Below, piece after piece: positions 20,510 through 28,610 of a DNA stretch of 64,000 nucleotides. Below the pieces are notes generated by a model. It had not been told where the DNA came from and ran no database searches. It saw only the letters and a list, made by a program, of their open reading frames with translations. The position numbers and the translations under genes were made by a program. The stretch's first letter is position 1; every line of letters starts with the position of its first letter. Source of the DNA: Candidatus Binatia bacterium (GTDB lineage Bacteria > Desulfobacterota > Binatia > HRBIN30); assembly GCA_038245295.1 (NCBI GenBank), contig JBBRSP010000011.1, positions 97,812 to 161,811 on the forward strand. Direction: 5' to 3'.

Positions 20510-21223
20510 ATGAAACGCCGCCTTCTAACCGCCGCTGCCGCGTGCACCGTTGTCGTGTTTGCGACAACGGTCCCGGCATGGGCTCACGGCAACATGCCGC
20601 CCTACATCGCCTTCTGGGGGCCCTTCAGTGAAGCGGCAACTCGCTGCCAGCGTATGCTTGGGTTGGCGGCGCAGCGCTGCGTCGGCGAGGTGTTGGCTCT
20701 GCCACGCACCTGTCCGGATTGTGATGCGGCTGAGCTGAGCGCGGCACGGGAAACAGCCATCATGGCCGAGGAGGAGCCAATCCGCTCTGCCTGCGTGGAG
20801 GCCAGTAGCATCGAGTTGGGCTTTCGCGGGGTCGATGAGGCGCTATCGGATCTGCGCCGTACCTGTACCAATGAGCCTGTCACAGTCGGACAACTCGTCC
20901 ACGCCGCCGCCGATGTTGCTGCGAGCGCGGATTGTAGCGAACGTACCAAAGCTCTGGCGGAGATGTTGCTCGAAGACGCAATTCATGTGAAGCGCGCGAC
21001 GCTGGACGTCATCGCTACGCGCTCACTGCAACCGAGCCAGCGCTTGGCGCGCATCAACCGTGCCGCTAACCGTCTCGCCAAAATGCGCACCCGACTCGAT
21101 GGGTTGTTGGCCGAAGTTTGCGTGAGCCCGCCACCGGCGAGCTTCCTGGTTCTGATCGAGTTGCGCGCCGACTGTGTTGTCGACGGCGCCTACTACCAGT
21201 CCGCCTACCAGTGCCCGCGATGA
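20510..21223 (+). CDS. Secreted Cys-rich hypothetical protein; predicted mature N-terminus His-Gly
   Basis: Signal peptide MKRR...PAWA then HGNMPP; about 10 Cys in the mature part. Confidence 0.7.
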   Translation: MKRRLLTAAAACTVVVFATTVPAWAHGNMPPYIAFWGPFSEAATRCQRMLGLAAQRCVGEVLALPRTCPDCDAAELSAARETAIMAEEEPIRSACVEASSIELGFRGVDEALSDLRRTCTNEPVTVGQLVHAAADVAASADCSERTKALAEMLLEDAIHVKRATLDVIATRSLQPSQRLARINRAANRLAKMRTRLDGLLAEVCVSPPPASFLVLIELRADCVVDGAYYQSAYQCPR

Positions 21224-21318
21224 GCGTGGCCGCAGCGTGGAGTGATCGTTGCTCCCACCAGGGTGGTTGTGTGTAAGTCGCACGGGGGACAGGCAATGCC
21301 GCCCTCCGCGATCGATTC

Positions 21319-22731
21319 TCAGTTGCCGTGACGAATGGTCGTGGTCTGCACCGCGTCCTTCGTCACGCAGGTGATGGCTTCGTTCTGACTATCCGTTGGG
21401 AAATAGAAGCCGAACCAATTGCAGTGCTCGTTGGTGTCCGTGAAGGGCCCGAATTTGAAGTCGTACGGCGTCGTATTCTCCCACTGACATTCCCACTCGA
21501 GACCCTGGCCGGCATCGAACAGCGGCATGTTGTCGACTGGATAAACCAGGAAAGGCGGATCACTGTATCCCTGGTAGTCGTACAGCTTCTCGCCGCGCTC
21601 GCCATTGTCGAAGCGGTAGGTGGTGAAGTGACGACCGCGGAAGTGGTAGTGGCCGGTTTGGGCCATCAACGTGATGTCTTTGGGGAAGGTGCAGCCGGCG
21701 GCCTTGGTTGTCACCGAGTGAGCTGGGACGAACACATCCTTGTCTTGCCCGAAGATTGCCCCGGCGTTGGCAACGATGGTTCCTGGCGTCGCGGCGTGGA
21801 TGTTCATCACGACTTTTCCCTCACCGCGGGTTTCCAACGAGCCGATGTTGACGAAATGGGTTTGCACCAGCAGCTGCTCCCCGGCCCTGAAGTGGTACCC
21901 GATGCCGCTGGGGAGTTGCCAGTCGGTAGCGCGGAGTTGGCTTGCCGCCACCAACTCCCACTTGTCGAAATCGACTGCCGTATTGCAGGTTTCGAAGCCA
22001 TCCGGGATGTCGAGTGTCGAGTCGTAGGGGCGGTACAGGTGAATGTGGTGGCTGCCACCACTGACGGCGATCTCGAAACGAGTGGCGTCTAAATCGACAT
22101 CGGATGGCAACTTCAGGTAGTGGCAGCTCGTCTCTTCTTTGCCATCCGGGATTGCCGCAGCCGTGACCTTGAGCTGCACACCGCGCAGCGGCGGCGGCAG
22201 GTTGATGTCGTTGCTGCCGGCATCGCCAAGGCCAAGCGGTTTACCATCATCGCCGGCTACTACACCGTCGTGCGGAGCTCCGGCGGCAATCCAGGCGCGG
22301 ATCACGGCGACCGTGTGTGTCGGCAATAAGGCCGCCCCGTAGGGCATCGAGGTTCCTTCGCCGGGGTCGAGAGTGTTCGCCAATTTCGATAGCAGCAGAC
22401 TCTTGCTCGGGTCGCCGGGCATGACCCTCATGTAACCGTGGGCGGCGGCAAGCGGGTTGGAGGGAGTCACTCGCATCAGGGCATCCCAGGAATCGCCATT
22501 GTCGAGCACAAGCGCGCCAGCCTGACCGACATGACTATGACAAGAATCGGAGGAACAGCTTACGTTGAATACTTGTGTCTGAATTCGCGAGAACGTCGAG
22601 GCGGAAGCATGCGCGTCGGAGTTACTGACGCTGCCGCCGCAGCCGGCGGCAACAACGAGGACCATCAGTCCACACGCCCAAACGCGTTGGTGGAGGGGGT
22701 TTCGCGCATGCCGAAATGTCTTCGAGCTCAT
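21319..22731 (-). CDS. Lipoprotein: cytochrome-c-like domain fused to a copper type II ascorbate-dependent monooxygenase (PHM/DBH)-like domain
   Basis: Lipobox AAGC; CSSDSCH...MPYG...IRAWIAAGA; SHHIHLY, QTHF, GHYH, NEHC. Confidence 0.75.
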   Translation of the reverse strand: MSSKTFRHARNPLHQRVWACGLMVLVVAAGCGGSVSNSDAHASASTFSRIQTQVFNVSCSSDSCHSHVGQAGALVLDNGDSWDALMRVTPSNPLAAAHGYMRVMPGDPSKSLLLSKLANTLDPGEGTSMPYGAALLPTHTVAVIRAWIAAGAPHDGVVAGDDGKPLGLGDAGSNDINLPPPLRGVQLKVTAAAIPDGKEETSCHYLKLPSDVDLDATRFEIAVSGGSHHIHLYRPYDSTLDIPDGFETCNTAVDFDKWELVAASQLRATDWQLPSGIGYHFRAGEQLLVQTHFVNIGSLETRGEGKVVMNIHAATPGTIVANAGAIFGQDKDVFVPAHSVTTKAAGCTFPKDITLMAQTGHYHFRGRHFTTYRFDNGERGEKLYDYQGYSDPPFLVYPVDNMPLFDAGQGLEWECQWENTTPYDFKFGPFTDTNEHCNWFGFYFPTDSQNEAITCVTKDAVQTTTIRHGN

Positions 22732-22828
22732 TGCGCCGCAACTCTAAAGAGCGGCCACACTAGGGTCAACCGCAAAGTTTGAAGTAGACAGCTGATTCCG
22801 GGCACGCGAATGGGCGATTTATTGCGGA

Positions 22829-24148
22829 TCACGGCCAAAACAGGCGATTGGCCTCGTCACGCAATGCATCCTGGAACTGTGGATGAGCAAGTTCGATCAG
22901 CGCCAGAGATCGTTCCCGCTGCGACAGGCCCTGCAGGTTCACCATGCCATATTCGGTGATGACGTAGTCGACGAACGTGCGCGGCACTGTGACGATGGTG
23001 CCAGGGGCGAAGGCCGAGACAATGCGAGAAACGGTTCCTTGCCGCGCCGTCGAGGGGAGCACGTGGATGGCGCGACCGCCGGGTGCGTACAAGGCTCCCA
23101 TGGTCCAGGTCAGTTGGCCGCCCGGGCCCGTGTACATGACCGGACCAATCGATTCCGACGCGACTTGTCCTGTCAGGTCAATCGCTGCCGCTTGGTTGAT
23201 GGCCACCAGGTTGCTGATTGAGGCAATCCGCGGCAAGTTGTTGCACCACTCGATGTCGTGCAAGGCGATCTTGTCATTGCCATCGCAGTACGCGAAATCA
23301 GAACCCGGCACGATGAACGACGCGGTGGCGAGGCCCGGGTGGGAGGTCTTGCACCGACCGTTCGCGACGCCCGACTTGATCAACTCGACGCCGGAAGCAA
23401 CCAGGATCTCGGCGTCAATTCCGAGGTCGTTCTTTTCCTGCAGGTAACCGCCCATGGTTGAGGACAGGGTGCCGGTGCCGATCTGGATCGTGTCACCGTC
23501 GTTCACCAATGTGGAGACGTAGGCGCCGACGACTTCGGTTACCTCGATGCGCTCGGGTGTTAGCTCCGGCAGGGCAACCGGCTGCGGCTCGTCCTTCTGC
23601 GCGACGATCACGTCAAACTCGGACAGGTGGACGCGATTCTCACCGCCGGTGCGTAGGACGTTGCGCCCGACCTCGGCGATGCTGATTTTGGCCGCCCTCA
23701 GCAATTGCTTCGAGTGCCACAGGCTATAGCCAAAGCTCACATACCCTTCGGCGTCGGGTTCCGAGACTAGCGCCATGAAGACGTCGGCATTCCAGATGTT
23801 GCGGCGCCCACCGGCCTGCACGCGCGAGCCGATGCTGTAGTCGGTGATCGCAAAATCGGCACGCCGCGACTCGATCGGTGGACGAATCAAGACGCCGATG
23901 AAGTCCGTCGCGAAGTCGATGTGGCCTTCCCATCCTGGCTCTGTCGTGGCGAAGGGCAGGGGCGAGCGGGATGCGCCCTGCATGACGCGCACGCCACGCA
24001 GTTCGCCGCGGCGGCGCCCCAACGCGTTGACCAGGGTCAACGGAACGGGACCCATCGGCAGTCGGACGAGATTTCCCGACTCGATGCGTTGAGCCGCGTC
24101 GTCAACGGAGACGAGACGGTCGCGAAACGTATTCTGCCAGCCGCTCAT
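22829..24148 (-). CDS. Acetyl-CoA hydrolase/CoA-transferase (4-hydroxybutyrate CoA-transferase-like)
   Basis: DGDTIQIGTG, DLGIDAE, AINQAAAIDLTGQV, SGPGG-like TGPGGQ, VPRTFVDYVITEYG, IELAHPQF. Confidence 0.9.
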   Translation of the reverse strand: MSGWQNTFRDRLVSVDDAAQRIESGNLVRLPMGPVPLTLVNALGRRRGELRGVRVMQGASRSPLPFATTEPGWEGHIDFATDFIGVLIRPPIESRRADFAITDYSIGSRVQAGGRRNIWNADVFMALVSEPDAEGYVSFGYSLWHSKQLLRAAKISIAEVGRNVLRTGGENRVHLSEFDVIVAQKDEPQPVALPELTPERIEVTEVVGAYVSTLVNDGDTIQIGTGTLSSTMGGYLQEKNDLGIDAEILVASGVELIKSGVANGRCKTSHPGLATASFIVPGSDFAYCDGNDKIALHDIEWCNNLPRIASISNLVAINQAAAIDLTGQVASESIGPVMYTGPGGQLTWTMGALYAPGGRAIHVLPSTARQGTVSRIVSAFAPGTIVTVPRTFVDYVITEYGMVNLQGLSQRERSLALIELAHPQFQDALRDEANRLFWP

Positions 24149-24166
24149 ACTGCGTCGTGTGTCGAC

Positions 24167-25411
24167 TCAGCCAGCTTTCGCTTGCTTGCCAAACAAGATT
24201 CCGGCGACGCGGCGGATCTGGATCTCGTCGGAGCCTTCGGTGATGCGGTAGCGGCGATGATGGCGATAGATATGTTCGAACGGTTTATGGCGCGTGTAGC
24301 CGATGCCACCGTGCACCTGAATGGCCTGGTCGGCGGCATTCACCGCGAGACGGTTCGCCCGGTAGTTGCACATCGAGACCTTGTCGCTGACTTCCATGCG
24401 ATGCTTCTGATCCATGAGCCAGGCCGTCTTGTAAACCATCGTGCGCACCATTTCACACTCGGTGTGGAGCTCCGCGAGGGGAAACTGGATGGCTTGATTG
24501 GTCCACAGGGGTTTGCCGAAGACGATGCGCTGCTTGGCGTAGGCGGCGCTCTCATGGACACAGTATTGCGCCACCCCGACGCTGGATGCGGCCTGGCGAA
24601 TGCGATTCTCGTGGACGAACGATTGTGCCAACTGGAGGCCGCGGCCTTCCTGGCCAAAGATCGCCGAGTTCGGCACGCGCACATTCTTCAGTGTCACTTC
24701 CGGGTGATCACTCGGCATGTTGAACGTCCACCACATGAAGTCGACGCTGAAGCCAAGGGAAGTCACCGGCACAATGAAGCACGTTATGCCCTCGGCTTCG
24801 CCCGACTTACCGCCGCTGCGCGCGAAGACCAGGTCGTAGTTCGCGGAGTGCAATCCAGAATTGAAGCGCTTTTGGCCATTGATCACCCAGTCGTTGCCGT
24901 CGCGTACCGCCGTGGTCTCGAGCCACGTCGCATCGCTGCCATGGTTTGGTTCCGTGAGGCCAAAGCCGAGCCGGTATGTTCCGGTGATCACGCCCGGCAA
25001 AAATTCCTTCTTCTGCTCCGCGGAGCCGAACTCCATGAGCATGTGGACGATTGGAAAGTTGCCGACGATCGACGCCTCATTCTGCAAGTCGTTGTGTAAG
25101 CCAAGGCCTTTGGCGGCAAGATGTTCGCGTACCACCGCCATCGCCAGATTGCCGGCGGCCTGTCCGCCGACTTCCTTTGGCAAGGCGTACCGGAGATGCC
25201 CGGCTGCATCGGCGCGGCGTCGCATCTCGCCGAGTAGCTCCTCCCACTCGTGCCGCGGTTGGCCGTCGTTCTCCCAGTCGGTGCGGGCGTGTTCGCGCCG
25301 ATGGTCGAAGAATTGTGGGTGCGCGTCCTCGAGTGGCTTGATCTCGCGTGCGATGAACTCGTCGAGCTCGGTCAGCTTGGCTGTGATCTCGGTCGGGATC
25401 GAAAAGTCCAT
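24167..25411 (-). CDS. Acyl-CoA dehydrogenase
   Basis: FGLTEPNHGSDA, INGQKRF, AIQVHGGIGY, YRITEGSDEIQ. Confidence 0.93.
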   Translation of the reverse strand: MDFSIPTEITAKLTELDEFIAREIKPLEDAHPQFFDHRREHARTDWENDGQPRHEWEELLGEMRRRADAAGHLRYALPKEVGGQAAGNLAMAVVREHLAAKGLGLHNDLQNEASIVGNFPIVHMLMEFGSAEQKKEFLPGVITGTYRLGFGLTEPNHGSDATWLETTAVRDGNDWVINGQKRFNSGLHSANYDLVFARSGGKSGEAEGITCFIVPVTSLGFSVDFMWWTFNMPSDHPEVTLKNVRVPNSAIFGQEGRGLQLAQSFVHENRIRQAASSVGVAQYCVHESAAYAKQRIVFGKPLWTNQAIQFPLAELHTECEMVRTMVYKTAWLMDQKHRMEVSDKVSMCNYRANRLAVNAADQAIQVHGGIGYTRHKPFEHIYRHHRRYRITEGSDEIQIRRVAGILFGKQAKAG

Positions 25412-25423
25412 GACGTTCTCCCT

Positions 25424-26035
25424 CTACAACGGCGTGCGGCGCAGATCGGATTCTTCCTCTTCGCTGCCGCACGCACTGTGATCGAGCTCAGCCCGCAGGA
25501 ACTTGCGAATTTGCTCCGGTGACGGCACCTGCGCGGCGGAGTGGCGCCGCTCGGATTCGGCGCCGGTGAGCAGGGTGACGAGCTTCTCGAGATCCTGGTG
25601 CGCCCCGGAGTCGTCCTTCAACAATTCGTCGCGCACATCGGCACTGGCGTACCAATACATCTGCAGCGGCAGGGCAAATTGATGGGCGATTATCGGCACA
25701 TCGATGGTGCCGTGTTCAATCAGGAATTCCATGTCGCGGTAGAAGTCCATGACCTCGCCAAGCTCATGGCTTGGGTGGCCGCCGAGAAGGCCATCGGCGG
25801 CGACGCCACGCAGGCTCAGCATGCTGTCCGAGTTCCAGTCGGCGTCGAGGCGCCACAGGGATTCGAGGGATGTGTTGAATTCGAGGTGGGCCGCCTGTTG
25901 TTGCATCTGCCGCGCAACCATCAGGGCCACCGCCAGGGCGGCTACTGCCGTGATGCTGGCGGCGAGAGCCGTAATCGCCGCCCAGTTTACGCTGCCGGTT
26001 TGTGAGAGGAGAGTGCTGCGCTTGCCTAAGCCCAT
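25424..26035 (-). CDS. Membrane-anchored hypothetical protein (DUF4760-like)
   Basis: N-terminal TM (WAAITALAASITAVAALAVALMV) followed by a helical domain (EVMDFYRDMEFLIEHGTID); the ORF-track extension to 26863 is a shadow of the neighbouring gene. Confidence 0.55.
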   Translation of the reverse strand: MGLGKRSTLLSQTGSVNWAAITALAASITAVAALAVALMVARQMQQQAAHLEFNTSLESLWRLDADWNSDSMLSLRGVAADGLLGGHPSHELGEVMDFYRDMEFLIEHGTIDVPIIAHQFALPLQMYWYASADVRDELLKDDSGAHQDLEKLVTLLTGAESERRHSAAQVPSPEQIRKFLRAELDHSACGSEEEESDLRRTPL

Positions 26036-26175
26036 GGGCGCCGTCGGTATAGAGGAAGGCGCGCGATGCACAAGGCCGGGCCGCCTCTTGGCGCGCGCCA
26101 GGCTTAGGCAGGGGCTTGGGCTCAGGCTGCACCTTCTTTGCCTTCGCCGTTGCCCCCGCCTTCGCTCGCCCATAC

Positions 26176-27297
26176 TCAGGCAGGCTCGGCGGCGATCATG
26201 GCGCCGAGCCTTGCCAGTTGTGGTGTTGCTGCTCCGAGGGTGAACTCGATTTGTTTGAGCCAGAGGAAGTAGCGGTGAATCGGGTAATCGATGTCGATGC
26301 TGATACCGCCGTGGATGTGCAGGCCGGCGTGGCCGATGCGACTGCCGCCTTCGCAGGCCCAGTACTTGGCCGTCGCCACCTCCTTGGGGGACGGTAGCTC
26401 GTCGGCGAGGCGTGAAACCGCTTGGAGCATTGCCACGTTGACTGCCTCGTTGTCGATGAACGAATCGGCCATGCGCTGGCCAACCGCTTGGAACATGGCG
26501 ATCGGCTTGCCGAACTGTTTGCGGTTGCTGGCGTACTCCGCCGTTAATCGCAACGCTTCCTGGCAGGCACCGGAAGCGATGGCGCAGTAGGCGACGGTCA
26601 CGCGGTCGACGATCCAATTGAGGACCGTTGCGGCCTTGTCGAGCGGCCCGAGCAGGGCATCGCGGCCGACAACCACCTCTTTCAAGTCGAGGTGAAACTG
26701 CCCTTCCCAGTTCATCGGGTCCTGCTGCGTCATGGAAACACCGGCAGCTTTCGGGTCGATGAGGAAGACACCGATTTCGCCGGCGTCGGTGCGCGCCGCC
26801 ACGAGCAGGGCCACCGCCCGATGGGCCATCGGGACACACGTCTTCGTTCCGTTGATCTTCCACCCTTCGCCGCTGGGTGTCGCTGTGGTCGCGGGATGGC
26901 GTTCGTCGGTGTTGAGCTCGCTGAGAGCGGCGCCGAGCAAGGTGCGTCCTTCGACGACGCCAGGGAGAAACTTTGACTGCTGCGCTTCCGACCCGAACCG
27001 GGCGATCGGCATGGCACCGCCCACAATGGTTGGAACCAGCGGCAGCAGCGGCAGCTTCTTACCCTGTTGCTCGAGGATGAGACACATCTCCAGGAATCCG
27101 CCGCCGCTGCCGTTGGCGCTTTCGGGCAAGGCGGCGCCGAGAAGGCCCGCCTTGGCTACTTCCGCCCACAAGGCGGTGTCGTAACGATCGGCGCTGCGCT
27201 CGACGGTCTTGAGGCGCTCCAGGGCGCTGTGGTCGCCAAAAATCTGCGCCGCCAGGTTCGACAGCGCTTGCTGGTCTTCGGTGATTGAAAAATCCAT
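26176..27297 (-). CDS. Acyl-CoA dehydrogenase, FadE27/ChsE5-like subunit
   Basis: MDFSITEDQQAL start; RKQFGKPIAMFQAVGQRMAD; HIHGGISIDIDYPIHRYFLWLKQIEFTLG resembles the mycobacterial FadE27 C-terminus. Confidence 0.85.
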   Translation of the reverse strand: MDFSITEDQQALSNLAAQIFGDHSALERLKTVERSADRYDTALWAEVAKAGLLGAALPESANGSGGGFLEMCLILEQQGKKLPLLPLVPTIVGGAMPIARFGSEAQQSKFLPGVVEGRTLLGAALSELNTDERHPATTATPSGEGWKINGTKTCVPMAHRAVALLVAARTDAGEIGVFLIDPKAAGVSMTQQDPMNWEGQFHLDLKEVVVGRDALLGPLDKAATVLNWIVDRVTVAYCAIASGACQEALRLTAEYASNRKQFGKPIAMFQAVGQRMADSFIDNEAVNVAMLQAVSRLADELPSPKEVATAKYWACEGGSRIGHAGLHIHGGISIDIDYPIHRYFLWLKQIEFTLGAATPQLARLGAMIAAEPA

Positions 27298-27320
27298 TAC
27301 GTGTTCTCCGGGTCCTTGGC

Positions 27321-28508
27321 TCAGCTGAAGGCGCGCGGGGCGACCGGCATTCCGAGCCCGAACAGGCAGATCAGGTCGCGCTGCAGCTCGTTGGTGCCGC
27401 CGCCGAAGGTGAGGATGTGGATCGAGCGCATGAAGAAGCCGACCCGACCGTCGGCCACCGCATCCGGGGAGCCGCCGCGAATCGGACCCGCGGCGCCCAT
27501 CACTTCCAGCATCAGACGGCATGCTTCGAGGTAGAACTCGGTGCCGAAGACTTTGATCCCCGAGGCATGTGCGGGGCTAATCGGCAGCCCTTGTTCCGCG
27601 CCCCAGGCAATCTTGAAGTTCATCAGGCGCAGAGCATCGAGGCGGGCGTAGATGCGCGCCAGGTTCAGCTGCACCCACTCTTGATCGATGACACGTTTGC
27701 CGTTGGCAAGGCGGGTTGCCTTCGCCCAGCGGACGGTATCTTCGTAAAGGCCTTCGATCATGCCCGAGCTGCACAGGGTGACACGTTCGTGGTTGAGCTG
27801 ATTGGTGATCAGCTTCCAGCCGCCGTTGAGTTTGCCGACCAGATTCGACGCGGGCACGCGCACGTCGTCGTAGAAGGTCTGGTTGGTATTCATGTCGCCC
27901 ATGTTTTTGATCGGCACGCAGCGAAAGCCGGGCGTGTTGGTGGGCACGATGATCATCGAGATGCCCTTGTGTTTCACGGCCTCCGGATCGGTGCGCACCG
28001 CCAGCCAGATGTAATCGGCATCGGTCGCCAGAGAGGTGAAGATCTTCTGACCGTTGATCACCCACTCATCGCCATCGCGCACCGCTTTGCACTGCAGCGA
28101 CGCGAGATCCGTGCCGGAGGCGGGCTCGGTGTAGCCGATGGCGAAGTGCAACTCGCCCTTGAGAATCTTGGGCAAGAAGAAGTTCTTCTGTTCGTCGGTA
28201 CCGAACTGCATGATCGTCGGCGCCACCGAGTTGACCGTCAGCATCGGCACGGGCGCGCCGGCGCGCATCGACTCGTCGAAGAAGATGAACTGCTCGATCG
28301 GCGTCATGCCGCGGCCGCCATATTGCTTGGGCCAACCGATGCCGAGCCAGCCGTCGCGGCCCATTTGCAAGACAACCTCGCGGACGATGGGTCCGACACC
28401 TTCACTTCGCCGCACTTCGGCGATGATCTCCGGCGTCAGGAGCTTCTTGTAGTAAGCGCGCAGCTCCTGGCGCAGCGCTTCGTGTTCTTCACTGTAGGCG
28501 AGTCTCAT
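27321..28508 (-). CDS. Acyl-CoA dehydrogenase, FadE26/ChsE4-like subunit
   Basis: MRLAYSEEHEALRQELRAY, QMGRDGWLGIGWPK, APVPMLTVNSVAPTIM, NQLNHERV, EWVQLNLAR, ILTFGGGTNELQRD, all FadE26-like; ATG 28508. Confidence 0.88.
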   Translation of the reverse strand: MRLAYSEEHEALRQELRAYYKKLLTPEIIAEVRRSEGVGPIVREVVLQMGRDGWLGIGWPKQYGGRGMTPIEQFIFFDESMRAGAPVPMLTVNSVAPTIMQFGTDEQKNFFLPKILKGELHFAIGYTEPASGTDLASLQCKAVRDGDEWVINGQKIFTSLATDADYIWLAVRTDPEAVKHKGISMIIVPTNTPGFRCVPIKNMGDMNTNQTFYDDVRVPASNLVGKLNGGWKLITNQLNHERVTLCSSGMIEGLYEDTVRWAKATRLANGKRVIDQEWVQLNLARIYARLDALRLMNFKIAWGAEQGLPISPAHASGIKVFGTEFYLEACRLMLEVMGAAGPIRGGSPDAVADGRVGFFMRSIHILTFGGGTNELQRDLICLFGLGMPVAPRAFS

Positions 28509-28610
28509 GGTTGGGCTTTCGTCTGAGAAGGGTTCGGGGTGCCGGGTGCCGGTTAGCGAAGGTTCCCGGACCCCGCACCCGCGCATAGTGTTGGGTCGAG
28601 TCAGAGCGGC

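Noticed and set aside
21319-22731. Particulate methane/ammonia monooxygenase or multicopper oxidase
   Set aside because: No PmoCAB membrane subunits and no cupredoxin HxHG / HCHxxxH motifs; the ligand order matches the PHM/DBH family instead
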